DNA of 64,000 bases from a virus: positions 10,273-74,272 of IMG/VR virus record IMGVR_UViG_3300009159_008629; one strand, written 5' to 3'. Position 1 is the stretch's first letter. Each line of letters starts with the position of its first letter. Under the pieces are notes generated by a model. It was not told the origin of the DNA and did not search any database. It saw only the letters and a list, made by a program, of their open reading frames with translations. The translations under genes and the position numbers were made by a program. Shown piece by piece: positions 1 to 9,978 of the stretch.

Positions 1-1
1 C

Positions 2-1747
2 ATCGTCGGCAAGGACTGCAAGATAGACCTCATGTGGGACAAGTACAGGGTGGTCAGGACCAGAAAGAAAAACAGCCTGCGGTTCTGGGAGAGCGTGGAA
101 GGCGTCTGGGACGAATCCACGGAACTGACGGCGGGATCGATGGACGACACGCAGTCGCTGATAGAGGATTCGATAGGTCTGACCTATGAGGCTTTCGTCA
201 ACATATGCATATTCACGGACGACCAGTCGGCGTCTTTCTTGGAAGCCGGCAGCGCCCTCAAGAGGGAGATCGTGGAGAACCTCCTGTCCTTGTCGAGCTA
301 TAGGGAGAAGCAGGACAAGGCTAAGAGGCTGGTTTCCGAGACGACTTCTGGGATCAAGATGCTTTCCAAGGAATATGAGCTCCTGAAGGCTTCCGAGGAC
401 GAATCGTTCAGACGCCTGAATCAGGCTATAAAGAAGGAATCGGACTGGAAGGTCGAGAAATCCAAGGAGATAGATTCCATCGGGGCGAGGATAACAGAGA
501 AGAAGTCGCAGCTCGCGAATTCCAGCCATGGCGGCGACCTACTGGCGTACAACGAAGCGCAGGCGAGAATCAAGCAGTGCGGCGACGAGATATCCACGCA
601 CGAAACCGCCGAGCAGGACGCACGAGACAAGATAGAGGCAGCTCGCGAAAAGGACGATAAGTTGAGGGACATGGCTCAGGCGCTCAAGGGGCAAGCCGAA
701 TCGGTCAAGTCGAAGATCGCGGAAAGACAGCAAAAGATAAAGACGAAGAGACAGCACATGGATTCGGTGAGGTCGAACGAGCACGGATCTACCTGCGAGG
801 TCTGTTACGGCGTCATAGATGTCGGAAACATACAGAGGGTCGTGGACTCCGACGAACTGGAGATATCCGCGATAAACGGCGAGATATCACCTCTTCTGGA
901 AGATGCCAAGAAACTTTCCTCCGACATACTCGAGCTTTCCGAAAAGATGAAGAGGGTCAAGGACTTCTTGTCGCTCAAGGAGTCTCTTGTCAACAAGTTG
1001 GTGCTGGCGATAAGGGACTTGCGCCGCGAGATGTCTGACCTCGCGAAGATACGGGAGCCAAAGGCTGACAGCATGGAGCTTCTCCTCAACCAGGAGATAG
1101 AACAGTTGCAGGAATCCATGTCGATCAAGACGAACGAGCTCAATTCGAAGTCGCCATACGAGGACATAATAAGCAGCGAGAACGAGTCGCACGAGAACGC
1201 GAAGATCACGTCCAAGTCCAAGCACGACTCGATAAAGGATTCCGAGGACAACCTCAAGTACTACCAGTATTGGAACCAAGGATTCGGGGAGAAGGGAATC
1301 AGGAAGACCGTGGTTGACGGCATCATACCGCAGCTAAACAACCGCATAGACTACTGGCTCCAGTTCCTCATCGAAAACAAGATAGTCCTTAGGTTCGACA
1401 ACGAGTTCAACGAAATCATCGAGAGGAATCCCCCCGACGGCGACCCGTTCATCTACCATGCCATGTCGGCTGGTCAAAGGAGAAGGTTGAACCTTTCCGT
1501 CTCCCAGGCTTTCGCCGACGTCATGATGATAAGCAGCGGGACCATACCTTCGGTGGTTTTCCTCGATGAGGTCACCACGAACATAGACCCGTTGGGCGTC
1601 CAGGGGATATTCAACATGATACAGGAGCTTTCCTTGGACAAGCAGGTTTTCATAACTACGCACGACAAGGATCTCATAAGGATGCTCGAGACTTCCGACA
1701 TCATCGACCTTGTCCACGAAAAAGGATTCACGGTCATAAAAAAGTGA
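2..1747 (+). CDS. gp46: Rad50/SbcC-like recombination endonuclease ATPase subunit (T4 gp46-like), 5'-truncated by the window edge
   Basis: Frame is open from position 2; long coiled coil with zinc hook CEVC; ABC signature MSAGQRRRL, Walker B VVFLDEV, H-loop FITTHD. Confidence 0.9.
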   Translation: MVGKDCKIDLMWDKYRVVRTRKKNSLRFWESVEGVWDESTELTAGSMDDTQSLIEDSIGLTYEAFVNICIFTDDQSASFLEAGSALKREIVENLLSLSSYREKQDKAKRLVSETTSGIKMLSKEYELLKASEDESFRRLNQAIKKESDWKVEKSKEIDSIGARITEKKSQLANSSHGGDLLAYNEAQARIKQCGDEISTHETAEQDARDKIEAAREKDDKLRDMAQALKGQAESVKSKIAERQQKIKTKRQHMDSVRSNEHGSTCEVCYGVIDVGNIQRVVDSDELEISAINGEISPLLEDAKKLSSDILELSEKMKRVKDFLSLKESLVNKLVLAIRDLRREMSDLAKIREPKADSMELLLNQEIEQLQESMSIKTNELNSKSPYEDIISSENESHENAKITSKSKHDSIKDSEDNLKYYQYWNQGFGEKGIRKTVVDGIIPQLNNRIDYWLQFLIENKIVLRFDNEFNEIIERNPPDGDPFIYHAMSAGQRRRLNLSVSQAFADVMMISSGTIPSVVFLDEVTTNIDPLGVQGIFNMIQELSLDKQVFITTHDKDLIRMLETSDIIDLVHEKGFTVIKK

Positions 1748-1815
1748 TTTTTTCTAAGAAAAAACAGTTTTTGATCCTTACATATATTCCAAACTAAATT
1801 TACAAAGAGGTAAAG

Positions 1816-4068
1816 ATGTCATCCAAAGCACTGTCCGATTATACTTTCGTTTCCAGATACGCCAGATACAACAGCGAGATAAGAAGGAGAGAGACTTGGC
1901 ATGAGGCTGTGGAGCGGGTAAAGCAAATGCACTTGGCGAAATACCCCATGGCTGCCGAGGACATAAATTTCGCCTTCTCCCACGTGCACGAGAAGGTCGC
2001 ACTCGGAAGCCAGAGGGCTTTGCAGTTCGGCGGATCCCCCATACTGAAAAAAGAAGCCAGGATCTACAACTGCTCCGCGGCGTACTGCGACAGGACGAGG
2101 TTTTTCCAGGAGGCTACGTGGCTGCTCCTGTGCGGCTGCGGCGTCGGAGTCAGCGTCACGAAGAATCACGTGGACAAGCTGCCTAATTTCCACGCGGGTC
2201 TGGAGAGGTCGTCTGACTTGTCGGGCGAAATCATTTTTCAGATAGATGATTCCATAGAGGGTTGGGCGGACGCTTTCGGGGCTCTAATCGCGTCCTATAT
2301 GCCACACTCGGAGTTCTATGAGTACTATGGCAAAAAGTTGTCTTTTGACTACTCGAAGATAAGACCGCAGGGAGCCATGCTTTCGTATGGCATCGGCAAA
2401 GCCCCTGGGGCAAAGCCTCTGGAGGGAAGTCTCGAGAAGTGCAGAACCCTGATGAACAAGTGCCTCGACTCCGGCATGCGCAGGATGCGACCCATAGACT
2501 GCATGGACTACCTGCTTCACGCGTCGGATTGCGTTCTCAGCGGCGGAATAAGGAGAAGCGCCGTCATAGTACTGTTTTCGGCGGACGACCAGGAGATGAT
2601 GACCGCCAAGACCGGAGCCTGGTATTACGACAATCCTCAAAGAGCAAGGAGCAATAATTCCGTCTTGCTCGACAGATCGTACACCACCAGGGACGATTTC
2701 CACAGCATGTTCGAGTCCACCAGGCAGTTCGGCGAACCTGGAATCGTCTGGACGGACTGTCCGGCAGAGCAGCTTTTCAATCCCTGCAATGAAATCTCAT
2801 TGAGAGGATATGACGAGCATGGGAACTCCGGTTTCCAGTTTTGCAACCTCACCGAGATAAACGGGTCGAAGTTGACGTCCAAGGACAACTTCGCCTTGGC
2901 TGCGAAGGTGGCGTCCATCATAGGCACCCTGCAGTCCGGATACACGAAGTTCGATTATCTGGGAAGGGTGAGCGAGGACATAACGAAAAAAGAGGCTTTG
3001 CTCGGAGTTTCCATAACTGGCATGATGGACAACCCGGACATATGCTTCGACCCAGCCATCCAGAGGGACATGGCTCATTTGGTCCTCGAGGTCAATGAGG
3101 GAATGGCTCGCAAGATAGGCATAAATGTTTCCGCGAGGTCGACGACGATAAAGCCAGCGGGTACGACTTCTTGTCTGCTCCAGACCTCAAGCGGGATTCA
3201 CCCGCACCATGCCAAAAGGTACATACGAAGGGTTCAGAGCAACGCCATGGAGAACCCGATACAGCATTTCGCCAACGTAAATCCCATAGCCATAGAAAAC
3301 TCCGTATGGAGCGCAAACGGCACTGACAAGGTCGTTAGCTTCCTCATAGAGACCAAGGGCGGGTCCCTGACGAAGTCCGATATCGACGCCGTGAAACTCC
3401 TCGAATACGTCAAGTTGACGCAGGAGAACTGGATCAGGAGTGGTACCAGGGAAGAAAAATGTGTAGCCCCTTGGCTCACCCATAATGTCTCGAACACGAT
3501 CAACGTGAACGATGACGAGTGGGATTCCGTGGAGCAGTTCATATACGAGAACAAGAATAGTTTCGCCGGCATATCCCTTCTAGGGTCCACCGGAGACCTC
3601 GATTACCCGCAGGCTCCGTTCACGAAGGTGCTGACTGTCGACGAGATAGTCGCGAAGTACGGCAAGGGATCAATATTCGCCTCCGGTCTAATAGTCGATG
3701 CCCTTCACGCGTTTCGCGGAAACCTGTGGAAGGCGTGCGATGCCGCGATGGGCGTTTTGTCCATAGTCGAGCCGTCGAAGCCAGAAAAGCTCGACGATGA
3801 GATCGCAGAGAAGATCCAGTCCGAATGGCTCCATTTCAACCTCCAAAAGGACTGGGTTCGCCGTGCCAACCAGTTCGCCGAGAGATATCTCGGAGGAAAC
3901 ACCAAGGAACTGACCTACCTCCTGAAAGATGTCAACAACAACAAGCACTGGGAAGATCTTTCCAGGGTCTACAAGGATGTCGATTACACGACCATGACGG
4001 AGCAGGAGGACAACACCAAGCTGGCTGAGAACATAGCTTGTAGCGGTGGAGCTTGCCAGATGTTCTAA
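1816..4068 (+). CDS. nrdJ: Class II (adenosylcobalamin-dependent, monomeric RTPR-type) ribonucleotide reductase
   Basis: NPCNEISL thiyl-radical motif, FCNLTEING, TTIKPAGTTS, RRSA..RARSNNS, C-terminal CSGGAC redox pair; SD AGAGGT; no beta subunit adjacent. Confidence 0.88.
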   Translation: MSSKALSDYTFVSRYARYNSEIRRRETWHEAVERVKQMHLAKYPMAAEDINFAFSHVHEKVALGSQRALQFGGSPILKKEARIYNCSAAYCDRTRFFQEATWLLLCGCGVGVSVTKNHVDKLPNFHAGLERSSDLSGEIIFQIDDSIEGWADAFGALIASYMPHSEFYEYYGKKLSFDYSKIRPQGAMLSYGIGKAPGAKPLEGSLEKCRTLMNKCLDSGMRRMRPIDCMDYLLHASDCVLSGGIRRSAVIVLFSADDQEMMTAKTGAWYYDNPQRARSNNSVLLDRSYTTRDDFHSMFESTRQFGEPGIVWTDCPAEQLFNPCNEISLRGYDEHGNSGFQFCNLTEINGSKLTSKDNFALAAKVASIIGTLQSGYTKFDYLGRVSEDITKKEALLGVSITGMMDNPDICFDPAIQRDMAHLVLEVNEGMARKIGINVSARSTTIKPAGTTSCLLQTSSGIHPHHAKRYIRRVQSNAMENPIQHFANVNPIAIENSVWSANGTDKVVSFLIETKGGSLTKSDIDAVKLLEYVKLTQENWIRSGTREEKCVAPWLTHNVSNTINVNDDEWDSVEQFIYENKNSFAGISLLGSTGDLDYPQAPFTKVLTVDEIVAKYGKGSIFASGLIVDALHAFRGNLWKACDAAMGVLSIVEPSKPEKLDDEIAEKIQSEWLHFNLQKDWVRRANQFAERYLGGNTKELTYLLKDVNNNKHWEDLSRVYKDVDYTTMTEQEDNTKLAENIACSGGACQMF

Positions 4069-4175
4069 AAGTTATTGCTTTGAAAATACTTTTTTTCATA
4101 CTTACTCTATTAGTTAGATTTGAGTAGAAGAAACAAGAATTACACAAGTTTACAATTTGTAGAAGGCAGTAGCTG

Positions 4176-5816
4176 ATGGCAAAATACATTTTCGTGGTTG
4201 GTGGCGTCATATCCGGCACGGGCAAAGGTGTTGCCGCAGCCAGCATAGGTCTTCTATTGAGGCTTCGAGGTCATGTCGTGACTTTGGTCAAGTTCGATCC
4301 GTACTACAACATCAACGCTGGCATCCTCGGACCCGGAGAGCATGGGGAATGTTTCTTGTGCGACGACGGCACGGAGACTGACCTTGACTTGGGTCACTAC
4401 GAAAGGATAGCTGGAATAACGGTCAGCAAGGACAATATTTGCACCCACGGAATTCTCCAGAAGGAACTGATCGAGGAACAAGAGCAAGGGAAGTACCTCG
4501 GCGAGACCATACAGGTCAATCCCCACCTCACAGACAAAATAGAGAAGAGGCTGGTCGATCTCGGCAAGAACCACGACATAGTCATCGCCGAGGTTGGCGG
4601 GACAGTCGGCGACTCGGAAAGCTTTGCGTTCTACGAGTCGATCAGGCTTTTCAAGCAAAGCCATAGATCCGAGGTGCTTATCGTAATGGTCGCCCCCATA
4701 TTGTGGATCAAGACCATCAAGGAATTCAAGACGAAACCCCTCCAGAATGCCGTCAAGGACTTGCAGAGGCACGGCTTGCAGGCTGATGTCCTTCTCTGCA
4801 GGGTTGAGAAGCCGATACCGGAGAAGATTCTGGACAAGGTGTCTCAACTTTCCAACGTGACCAGGGAATGCGTTTTCGAGGCTCCCGATTTCGAGTCCAT
4901 ATACGAGGTTCCATTAGCCTACTACAACCGCCATGTCGACGACTTGTTCGTGGATCTGTTTCACCTCAACAGAAGCGCCTGCAGGATCCACAAGTACCGC
5001 GAGGTTGTCGAGAAATACACCAACAACAACCTCAGACCGATTTCCATAGGGATTTTCGGCAAGTACGACAATTGCGACGAAGCTTACATATCCCTGAAAG
5101 AGGCTTTGCTGCATGCCGGCATAGCGAATGACTCCAAGGTGGAGATTCATTGGTTCAAGTCGGAGGATCTGGAGAAGTACAAGGACAACCGTGGTCTGCA
5201 CAAGTTTTTCGAGAACCTAGACGGGATAATCGTACCGGGCGGGTTCGACAACAGGGGGATAGAGGGCAAGATAAGGTGCATACAATATGCTCGCGAGAAG
5301 AAAGTTCCATTCCTCGGCATATGCCTTGGTCTGCAATGCGCCGTCATAGAGTTTTCCAGGAACGTGTGTCGCCTTGAGGGCGCCAACAGCATGGAGTTCG
5401 ACAAGGAAACCAAGAATCCGGTGGTGAAGTTCGTTTCTGGTCAAGATGGGCTGACGAAAAAGTCGGCAAGCATGAGGCTTGGTGCATATGATTGCGAGCT
5501 CAAGAAGGAAACCATAGCATACGAACTTTACGGGCAGAAAACGGTGAGGGAGAGACACAGGCACAGATACGAGGTCAACGAGTCCTACATTCAAGGTTTC
5601 GAGGAAGCCGGGTTTTTGGTCAGCGGAAGGAATCCGCAGACGAATCTGGTCGAGATCATGGAGTTGAATGCCGATTTGCATCCTTTTTTCATAGGCACAC
5701 AGGCTCATCCCGAGTTCAAGAGCAGGCTCACCGCGGCAGCCCCTTTGTTCAAGGGTTTGATAGCCGCAGCCATAAAGAACAAAAAAGTCGCGCCGGAAAA
5801 CATAAATAAAGCATGA
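4176..5816 (+). CDS. pyrG: CTP synthase
   Basis: KYIFVVGGVISGTGKG, DDGTETDLDLGHYER, KTKPLQ, GATase-I triad GICLG / ERHRHRYE / AHPEF. Confidence 0.97.
   Translation: MAKYIFVVGGVISGTGKGVAAASIGLLLRLRGHVVTLVKFDPYYNINAGILGPGEHGECFLCDDGTETDLDLGHYERIAGITVSKDNICTHGILQKELIEEQEQGKYLGETIQVNPHLTDKIEKRLVDLGKNHDIVIAEVGGTVGDSESFAFYESIRLFKQSHRSEVLIVMVAPILWIKTIKEFKTKPLQNAVKDLQRHGLQADVLLCRVEKPIPEKILDKVSQLSNVTRECVFEAPDFESIYEVPLAYYNRHVDDLFVDLFHLNRSACRIHKYREVVEKYTNNNLRPISIGIFGKYDNCDEAYISLKEALLHAGIANDSKVEIHWFKSEDLEKYKDNRGLHKFFENLDGIIVPGGFDNRGIEGKIRCIQYAREKKVPFLGICLGLQCAVIEFSRNVCRLEGANSMEFDKETKNPVVKFVSGQDGLTKKSASMRLGAYDCELKKETIAYELYGQKTVRERHRHRYEVNESYIQGFEEAGFLVSGRNPQTNLVEIMELNADLHPFFIGTQAHPEFKSRLTAAAPLFKGLIAAAIKNKKVAPENINKA
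5803..5808 (+). promoter_or_regulatory. T4-like late promoter box TAAATA, 4 nt upstream of ATG 5813
   Basis: CATAAATA-AAGC-ATG; the same geometry recurs at 39008, 45027, 56905(-) and 61166. Confidence 0.6.
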
Positions 5817-6349
5817 ACTTCAAACAGTACCTATTAATGGAAAACGAGGAAGATTTCGCCAACAAGGTTGGAAAGATATACAACTCATTGAATGACTTGT
5901 CCAAAGTGGTAGACGACAAGGGCGTGCGCCTTGGCGACCTAGCCAACGGCATAGTGGGCGAGATAAAGATTGTCCTCACAGGGATTAGCCCTCCCAAGAT
6001 GAAGGGTCTGGTCGAGAAGATGCAAGCCATAGCCATCATGATAAAGAAGTCCATGGATGGCAAGGAGAAAGACAAGGAAGCCAAGTCTCTCCCAGAAGCC
6101 ATAAGGATAGCGTTGGCTGACATGGAAAAGATCAAATCGCAGATGGGCTTGCCGATCAACGACCTTGGAAGCCCCAACGACGACGTTCCGGCAAAAGACG
6201 ACGCTGCGGTCTCGAATCCAGTGGAGAAGGAAAAGAAATCAGTCGTTCCCGATTCGAAGTCGCTGGTGGAGCCGACCGCTCCAGGAACAATACCGCCAGA
6301 CAACGCCCCGTCACTCGGCGGAAGCACTGGCACACTAAAAAACCTGTAG
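5813..6349 (+). CDS. Hypothetical protein, probable internal head protein (capsid-targeting-like N-terminus)
   Basis: N-terminus MNFKQYLLMENEE resembles the T4 CTS MKTYQEFIAE; late box upstream; Pro-rich tail. Confidence 0.65.
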   Translation: MNFKQYLLMENEEDFANKVGKIYNSLNDLSKVVDDKGVRLGDLANGIVGEIKIVLTGISPPKMKGLVEKMQAIAIMIKKSMDGKEKDKEAKSLPEAIRIALADMEKIKSQMGLPINDLGSPNDDVPAKDDAAVSNPVEKEKKSVVPDSKSLVEPTAPGTIPPDNAPSLGGSTGTLKNL

Positions 6350-6357
6350 GTGAAAAC

Positions 6358-7512
6358 TTGTGCGGCATAGCTGGATACATAGGCGAATCGAACGACCGAA
6401 ACGCCACTTGGAGCATAATATCCAAAGTCTTCGAGAAACTCGAGGTTAGGGGCGTCGACGCGGCTGGTTTCTGGATGTCCGAGAAGGGTGATTCGGGCAA
6501 GATCCTGCACCACAAGCAGCCGGGAAGATCAAGCGATCTGGTCGGCTCGAAAGCGTGGAATGAGGTTGCCGCATTTGATTGCGACCTGTCCATAGTTCAC
6601 GCTAGGGGAGCCAGCAAGGGCTACGGAAACCCTTTGGTCAACCAAAACAACCACCCTTTCATCAGCGAGTCCGGGAACATCGCCTTGGCTCACAACGGCA
6701 AGATCGACGATGAAGAATACCAGTTACTCAAAGAGAAATACGGCGTCCAGTCCGAATGCGATTCCGAGATACTTTTGCGGGTGTTCGAACACGCATCCAG
6801 GCGATACAGCCTCAATGACCTGGAGGGTTATGTCGGCGACTTGCCGTATCCCCACAGGATGGCTGGGATCAAAGACATATTTTCCCTTATAAACCATGGG
6901 CACATGGCGGTTTCCATAGGTGAGTACGATGTGGGCGGCAAAAGGTGTCTGTGGCTGTTCCGGAACAGGTTCAGACCCATGTGGGTTTTCGATCTCCGGT
7001 CGTCCCTGGGACAGATATTCTTTGCCTCCGAGCCAAGCATATGGAGGGAGGCTGCGTCCGAGGTCGGACCGTACCGCAAGATAATGAACTCGGCGAAGAT
7101 GACCAAGCTCCCGGACGAGGAACTTTGGTTCTTCCATATAGACAATGATTCCAGATTCGTGAAAAGCCCGATCAAGATGATGGTTTCGAAGTCCAGCCCG
7201 AAGAAGTGGGTGTTCGACGGATTCAAGGTCGAGCCGCAGGGTGACGACATAGATGTGGATCTGGTTACTACTTTAAATGAGGCTGATCCAGAAGAGGAAT
7301 ACCACAACGACGATGGCTTGGCTTCCGACATGGTTCTTTCCGAGATAGAAAGGCAGACGAAAAGCATATGCGACATATGCAATTCAATATGCTCAACCTC
7401 GCAGGTCCTGCTTGGAAACAACACCATTTCGGCGACCGAAGCCGAACAGGTGCTTTCCTTGCTCGAGGAGCAAAAGTCATCGATGGCGGAGATACAAAAC
7501 ATACTTAATTAG
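6358..7512 (+). CDS. Class II (Ntn) glutamine amidotransferase, stand-alone
   Basis: TTG start followed by CGIAG (catalytic Cys2), RGVDAAG, HARGAS, NNHPF, AHNGKI, CDSEIL, FFASE; no SIS domain. Confidence 0.88.
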   Translation: MCGIAGYIGESNDRNATWSIISKVFEKLEVRGVDAAGFWMSEKGDSGKILHHKQPGRSSDLVGSKAWNEVAAFDCDLSIVHARGASKGYGNPLVNQNNHPFISESGNIALAHNGKIDDEEYQLLKEKYGVQSECDSEILLRVFEHASRRYSLNDLEGYVGDLPYPHRMAGIKDIFSLINHGHMAVSIGEYDVGGKRCLWLFRNRFRPMWVFDLRSSLGQIFFASEPSIWREAASEVGPYRKIMNSAKMTKLPDEELWFFHIDNDSRFVKSPIKMMVSKSSPKKWVFDGFKVEPQGDDIDVDLVTTLNEADPEEEYHNDDGLASDMVLSEIERQTKSICDICNSICSTSQVLLGNNTISATEAEQVLSLLEEQKSSMAEIQNILN

Positions 7513-7519
7513 AGGGAAA

Positions 7520-8083
7520 ATGAAAGACAACATTGGCGAAAACGAGGATGATTTTTTCATAGAGGACATCATAAAGAACCGCCAGTCTAAGAAAAAGAAA
7601 GTCAACGGCAAGAAGAAGGGAAGCAGGGTCGAGAGGGAACTCACCAAATTGCTCAACAACAGGTTCTCCTGCGAAGACTTCTCTAGGTCGGTCGGGTCCG
7701 GCAACAGGTGGGGTCAGGTTAATCATCTTCCAAAGCACGCCAGGGATGTTTTTTCCGGCGATCTCATAGTTCCTTCCAACTTCAAGTTCTGCATAGAGTC
7801 CAAGGGCGGATATGACGGCATAGACTTGAATTCGGTGTTCACGCATGGGTCCAGCGAACTGGACGTCTTTCTCGAACAAGCCGAAATAGACTCGTCCAGA
7901 TGCAACCGAAAGCCGATGATGTGCTGGAAGAGAACCAGGAAACCATGGCTTGTTTTCGTGAAATCTTCGGAATTGGAAGGAGTGGAGTTTAAATACAGTA
8001 TCAGGTACGGCGAGTGGACAGGGGTGTCTCTGGAAAGCCTGATGGAAATGGAAGATTCATTTTTCATAGGAGGACAGACATGA
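7520..8083 (+). CDS. PD-(D/E)xK Holliday-junction resolvase-like nuclease
   Basis: KKKGSRVERELTKLL...GDLIVP...FCIESKG pattern. Confidence 0.75.
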   Translation: MKDNIGENEDDFFIEDIIKNRQSKKKKVNGKKKGSRVERELTKLLNNRFSCEDFSRSVGSGNRWGQVNHLPKHARDVFSGDLIVPSNFKFCIESKGGYDGIDLNSVFTHGSSELDVFLEQAEIDSSRCNRKPMMCWKRTRKPWLVFVKSSELEGVEFKYSIRYGEWTGVSLESLMEMEDSFFIGGQT

Positions 8084-8400
8084 AACTAATAGAAGCTAGG
8101 GAAGATGGCGACATAGTCATGATCAGTTTCAAGGAAGAAAGGATATACGACGAGTCATCGATAGCCGCTATAGGAGAAGAACTTTATTCCTTGGTCGAAT
8201 CCCGCCCCAAGGCGAAAGAGTTCACCATAGATTTCTCGAAGACAAGCTACCTTTCAAGTTCTATGTTGGGGAAGCTCATATCCGTCAACAAGAAAGCCAA
8301 GGCGAACAACGCGGTTCTTTCCTTCAAGTCCATGAACGACAACGTCAAGGAGATTTTCCAGATCACGAAGATAGCCGGGTTTTTCAAGTTCATCGATTAA
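8080..8400 (+). CDS. STAS-domain anti-sigma-factor antagonist (SpoIIAA/RsbV-like)
   Basis: IDFSKTSYLSSSMLGKLISVNKK...VKEIFQITKI; ATGA overlap with the resolvase. Confidence 0.88.
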   Translation: MKLIEAREDGDIVMISFKEERIYDESSIAAIGEELYSLVESRPKAKEFTIDFSKTSYLSSSMLGKLISVNKKAKANNAVLSFKSMNDNVKEIFQITKIAGFFKFID

Positions 8401-8633
8401 AAATGCGGCATTTCATCGATGAGTTTCATGATGTCAAGTATTCCCTCGAATTCGTCGTCATGTCCGGGAACGCTGTATTTCCCGTTCTCGTACTCTATCT
8501 TGTATTTCTTGTATGTTCCCTTGGACTCGTCTATCTGGTCTGAGACCAATGGGAATTTACTCAACAATATCTTCACTCGTCTTAATTCAGAAAAAACTTC
8601 ATCCATGACGACCTCCATGATTTTTTTCGACAA
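8397..8633 (-). CDS. Hypothetical protein (78 aa)
   Basis: Fills the gap between convergent genes; plausible composition; TTG start. Confidence 0.55.
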   Translation of the reverse strand: MSKKIMEVVMDEVFSELRRVKILLSKFPLVSDQIDESKGTYKKYKIEYENGKYSVPGHDDEFEGILDIMKLIDEMPHF

Positions 8634-8673
8634 GATAATATATTTTCAAGGAACGTTTTTGTAAATAGCAAAA

Positions 8674-9978
8674 TCACTCGAACTGCGACAAGTCGTATAT
8701 CCTCGAACACCTCTGGTCTATCCAGACCTTGGATCCGCCGCTCGTGAGGAACCAAAACCATTTGTCCGGGGCGTTGGTCCTTATCGAGTCTCCATATCCG
8801 TCGGTTATGACGAACACCGTCGGGTGTTTTATTTTTTTAGACCGCGTTTCCGCCTCGACGAATTTCTGCAATATAGAGAACATGGTGCCGCCGCCGCCGT
8901 ATATCCTCCTGGACGCGAGGGTGGTTTCGCGCACCATGGTGTCAAAGCAGAAGAGCCGTATGTTGAACTTTTTTGGGTTCAACGATCTGGCAGCCTCGAA
9001 GAACCTTTCTTTCAGGCTCCAGCAGCTTCCCGATGTGTCCATGAAGAAGAATACGTCGATCTTGTCGTCTTCCTGACCGAAGCAGTGGGTTTCCATCTCG
9101 CTTGGAAGGAAGAGGGAACTGGACATCTCCTGGCTTCTTCTGGATTTCCTAGTCCATTGTTCAGACTGGTCGTAAGTGTTTTTCATGGCGCTTATCTCCC
9201 AACGCCTTATGACGGACTCCCATTTCCTTTTTCCCTTGGATTTCCCGTTCGCCAAGGAAACCCAAGACCCTTCAAGCGTCCCAGCCTCATCGCCATACGC
9301 GAAATGTTTGTCGACGAATCTTTTTATCGACTCCTTCTCCTCTTCCGTGGACTCGCCGGATATCTTGTTCATGACCTCCTTCCAGTCGGCTTCGGAAAGG
9401 GCGGCGTGGTCATCGAGGCATCCGGAGTTAAGGTTCATCGCTATGCTTGGGTTGCCGTCGCCGAACGTCTCCTTGTACATGTTGAAATAATATTCGTAAC
9501 AATCGTTTTTCGACACGTTTTTGCCGTGGAATATGGTGTCTATCCAGCAGAGCCTGTCGCCGTCTCCCGCGCTTTCGCCAGAGCAAAGGTCTATGGCTTT
9601 GGACACCGACGATTCCACTTTCGTCCTGGAGAATCCGAAATTCGTCACCAGGCTTTGGTTTATGACTATGTCCATGCATATGTTGGCTGCGATCTTTTGT
9701 TGGTTGGACGCGCTTTTGGATCTTACGCCATGGTTCAGCATGACATGGAGCATCTCGTGGCACACGACGAAAAGCTTGCCGTCCATGTCCAAATTACCCC
9801 AGAACTTACTGTTGAAGGAGAACTTGACGAATTTCCCGACCTTGTCGAATTGTATGGCTGCCGTCTCTATGGAATCGTCAACGATCGGCTTGCCGATCGA
9901 CCAAATCTTGTAGAATATCGCATGGTGCTCCTCCAGCCTTCCAGCTATTTCCATCCATTCAGATGAAGGTATGCTCAT
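8674..9978 (-). CDS. HExxH metallopeptidase-like plus VWA-like domain protein (DUF2201-type, MoxR partner)
   Basis: VCHEMLHVML, ANICMDIVIN, LDDH, MIDAS DTSGS, CFDT, GGGGT, ITDGYG. Confidence 0.85.
   Translation of the reverse strand: MSIPSSEWMEIAGRLEEHHAIFYKIWSIGKPIVDDSIETAAIQFDKVGKFVKFSFNSKFWGNLDMDGKLFVVCHEMLHVMLNHGVRSKSASNQQKIAANICMDIVINQSLVTNFGFSRTKVESSVSKAIDLCSGESAGDGDRLCWIDTIFHGKNVSKNDCYEYYFNMYKETFGDGNPSIAMNLNSGCLDDHAALSEADWKEVMNKISGESTEEEKESIKRFVDKHFAYGDEAGTLEGSWVSLANGKSKGKRKWESVIRRWEISAMKNTYDQSEQWTRKSRRSQEMSSSLFLPSEMETHCFGQEDDKIDVFFFMDTSGSCWSLKERFFEAARSLNPKKFNIRLFCFDTMVRETTLASRRIYGGGGTMFSILQKFVEAETRSKKIKHPTVFVITDGYGDSIRTNAPDKWFWFLTSGGSKVWIDQRCSRIYDLSQFE

Noticed and set aside
1816-4068. 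Intein or intron in RNR (a common insertion target)
   Set aside because: The ORF is continuous at normal length with no splice-junction or homing-endonuclease motifs
6358-7512. Calling the GATase-II gene glmS
   Set aside because: It lacks the C-terminal SIS isomerase domains; only the glutaminase domain is present
8824-9966. Long antisense or alternate-frame ORFs (also 54260-55606, 27902-28801, 30097-31215, 19163-19945, 59311-60069)
   Set aside because: They shadow well-supported genes, lack motifs and SDs, and are expected from GC3-rich codon usage
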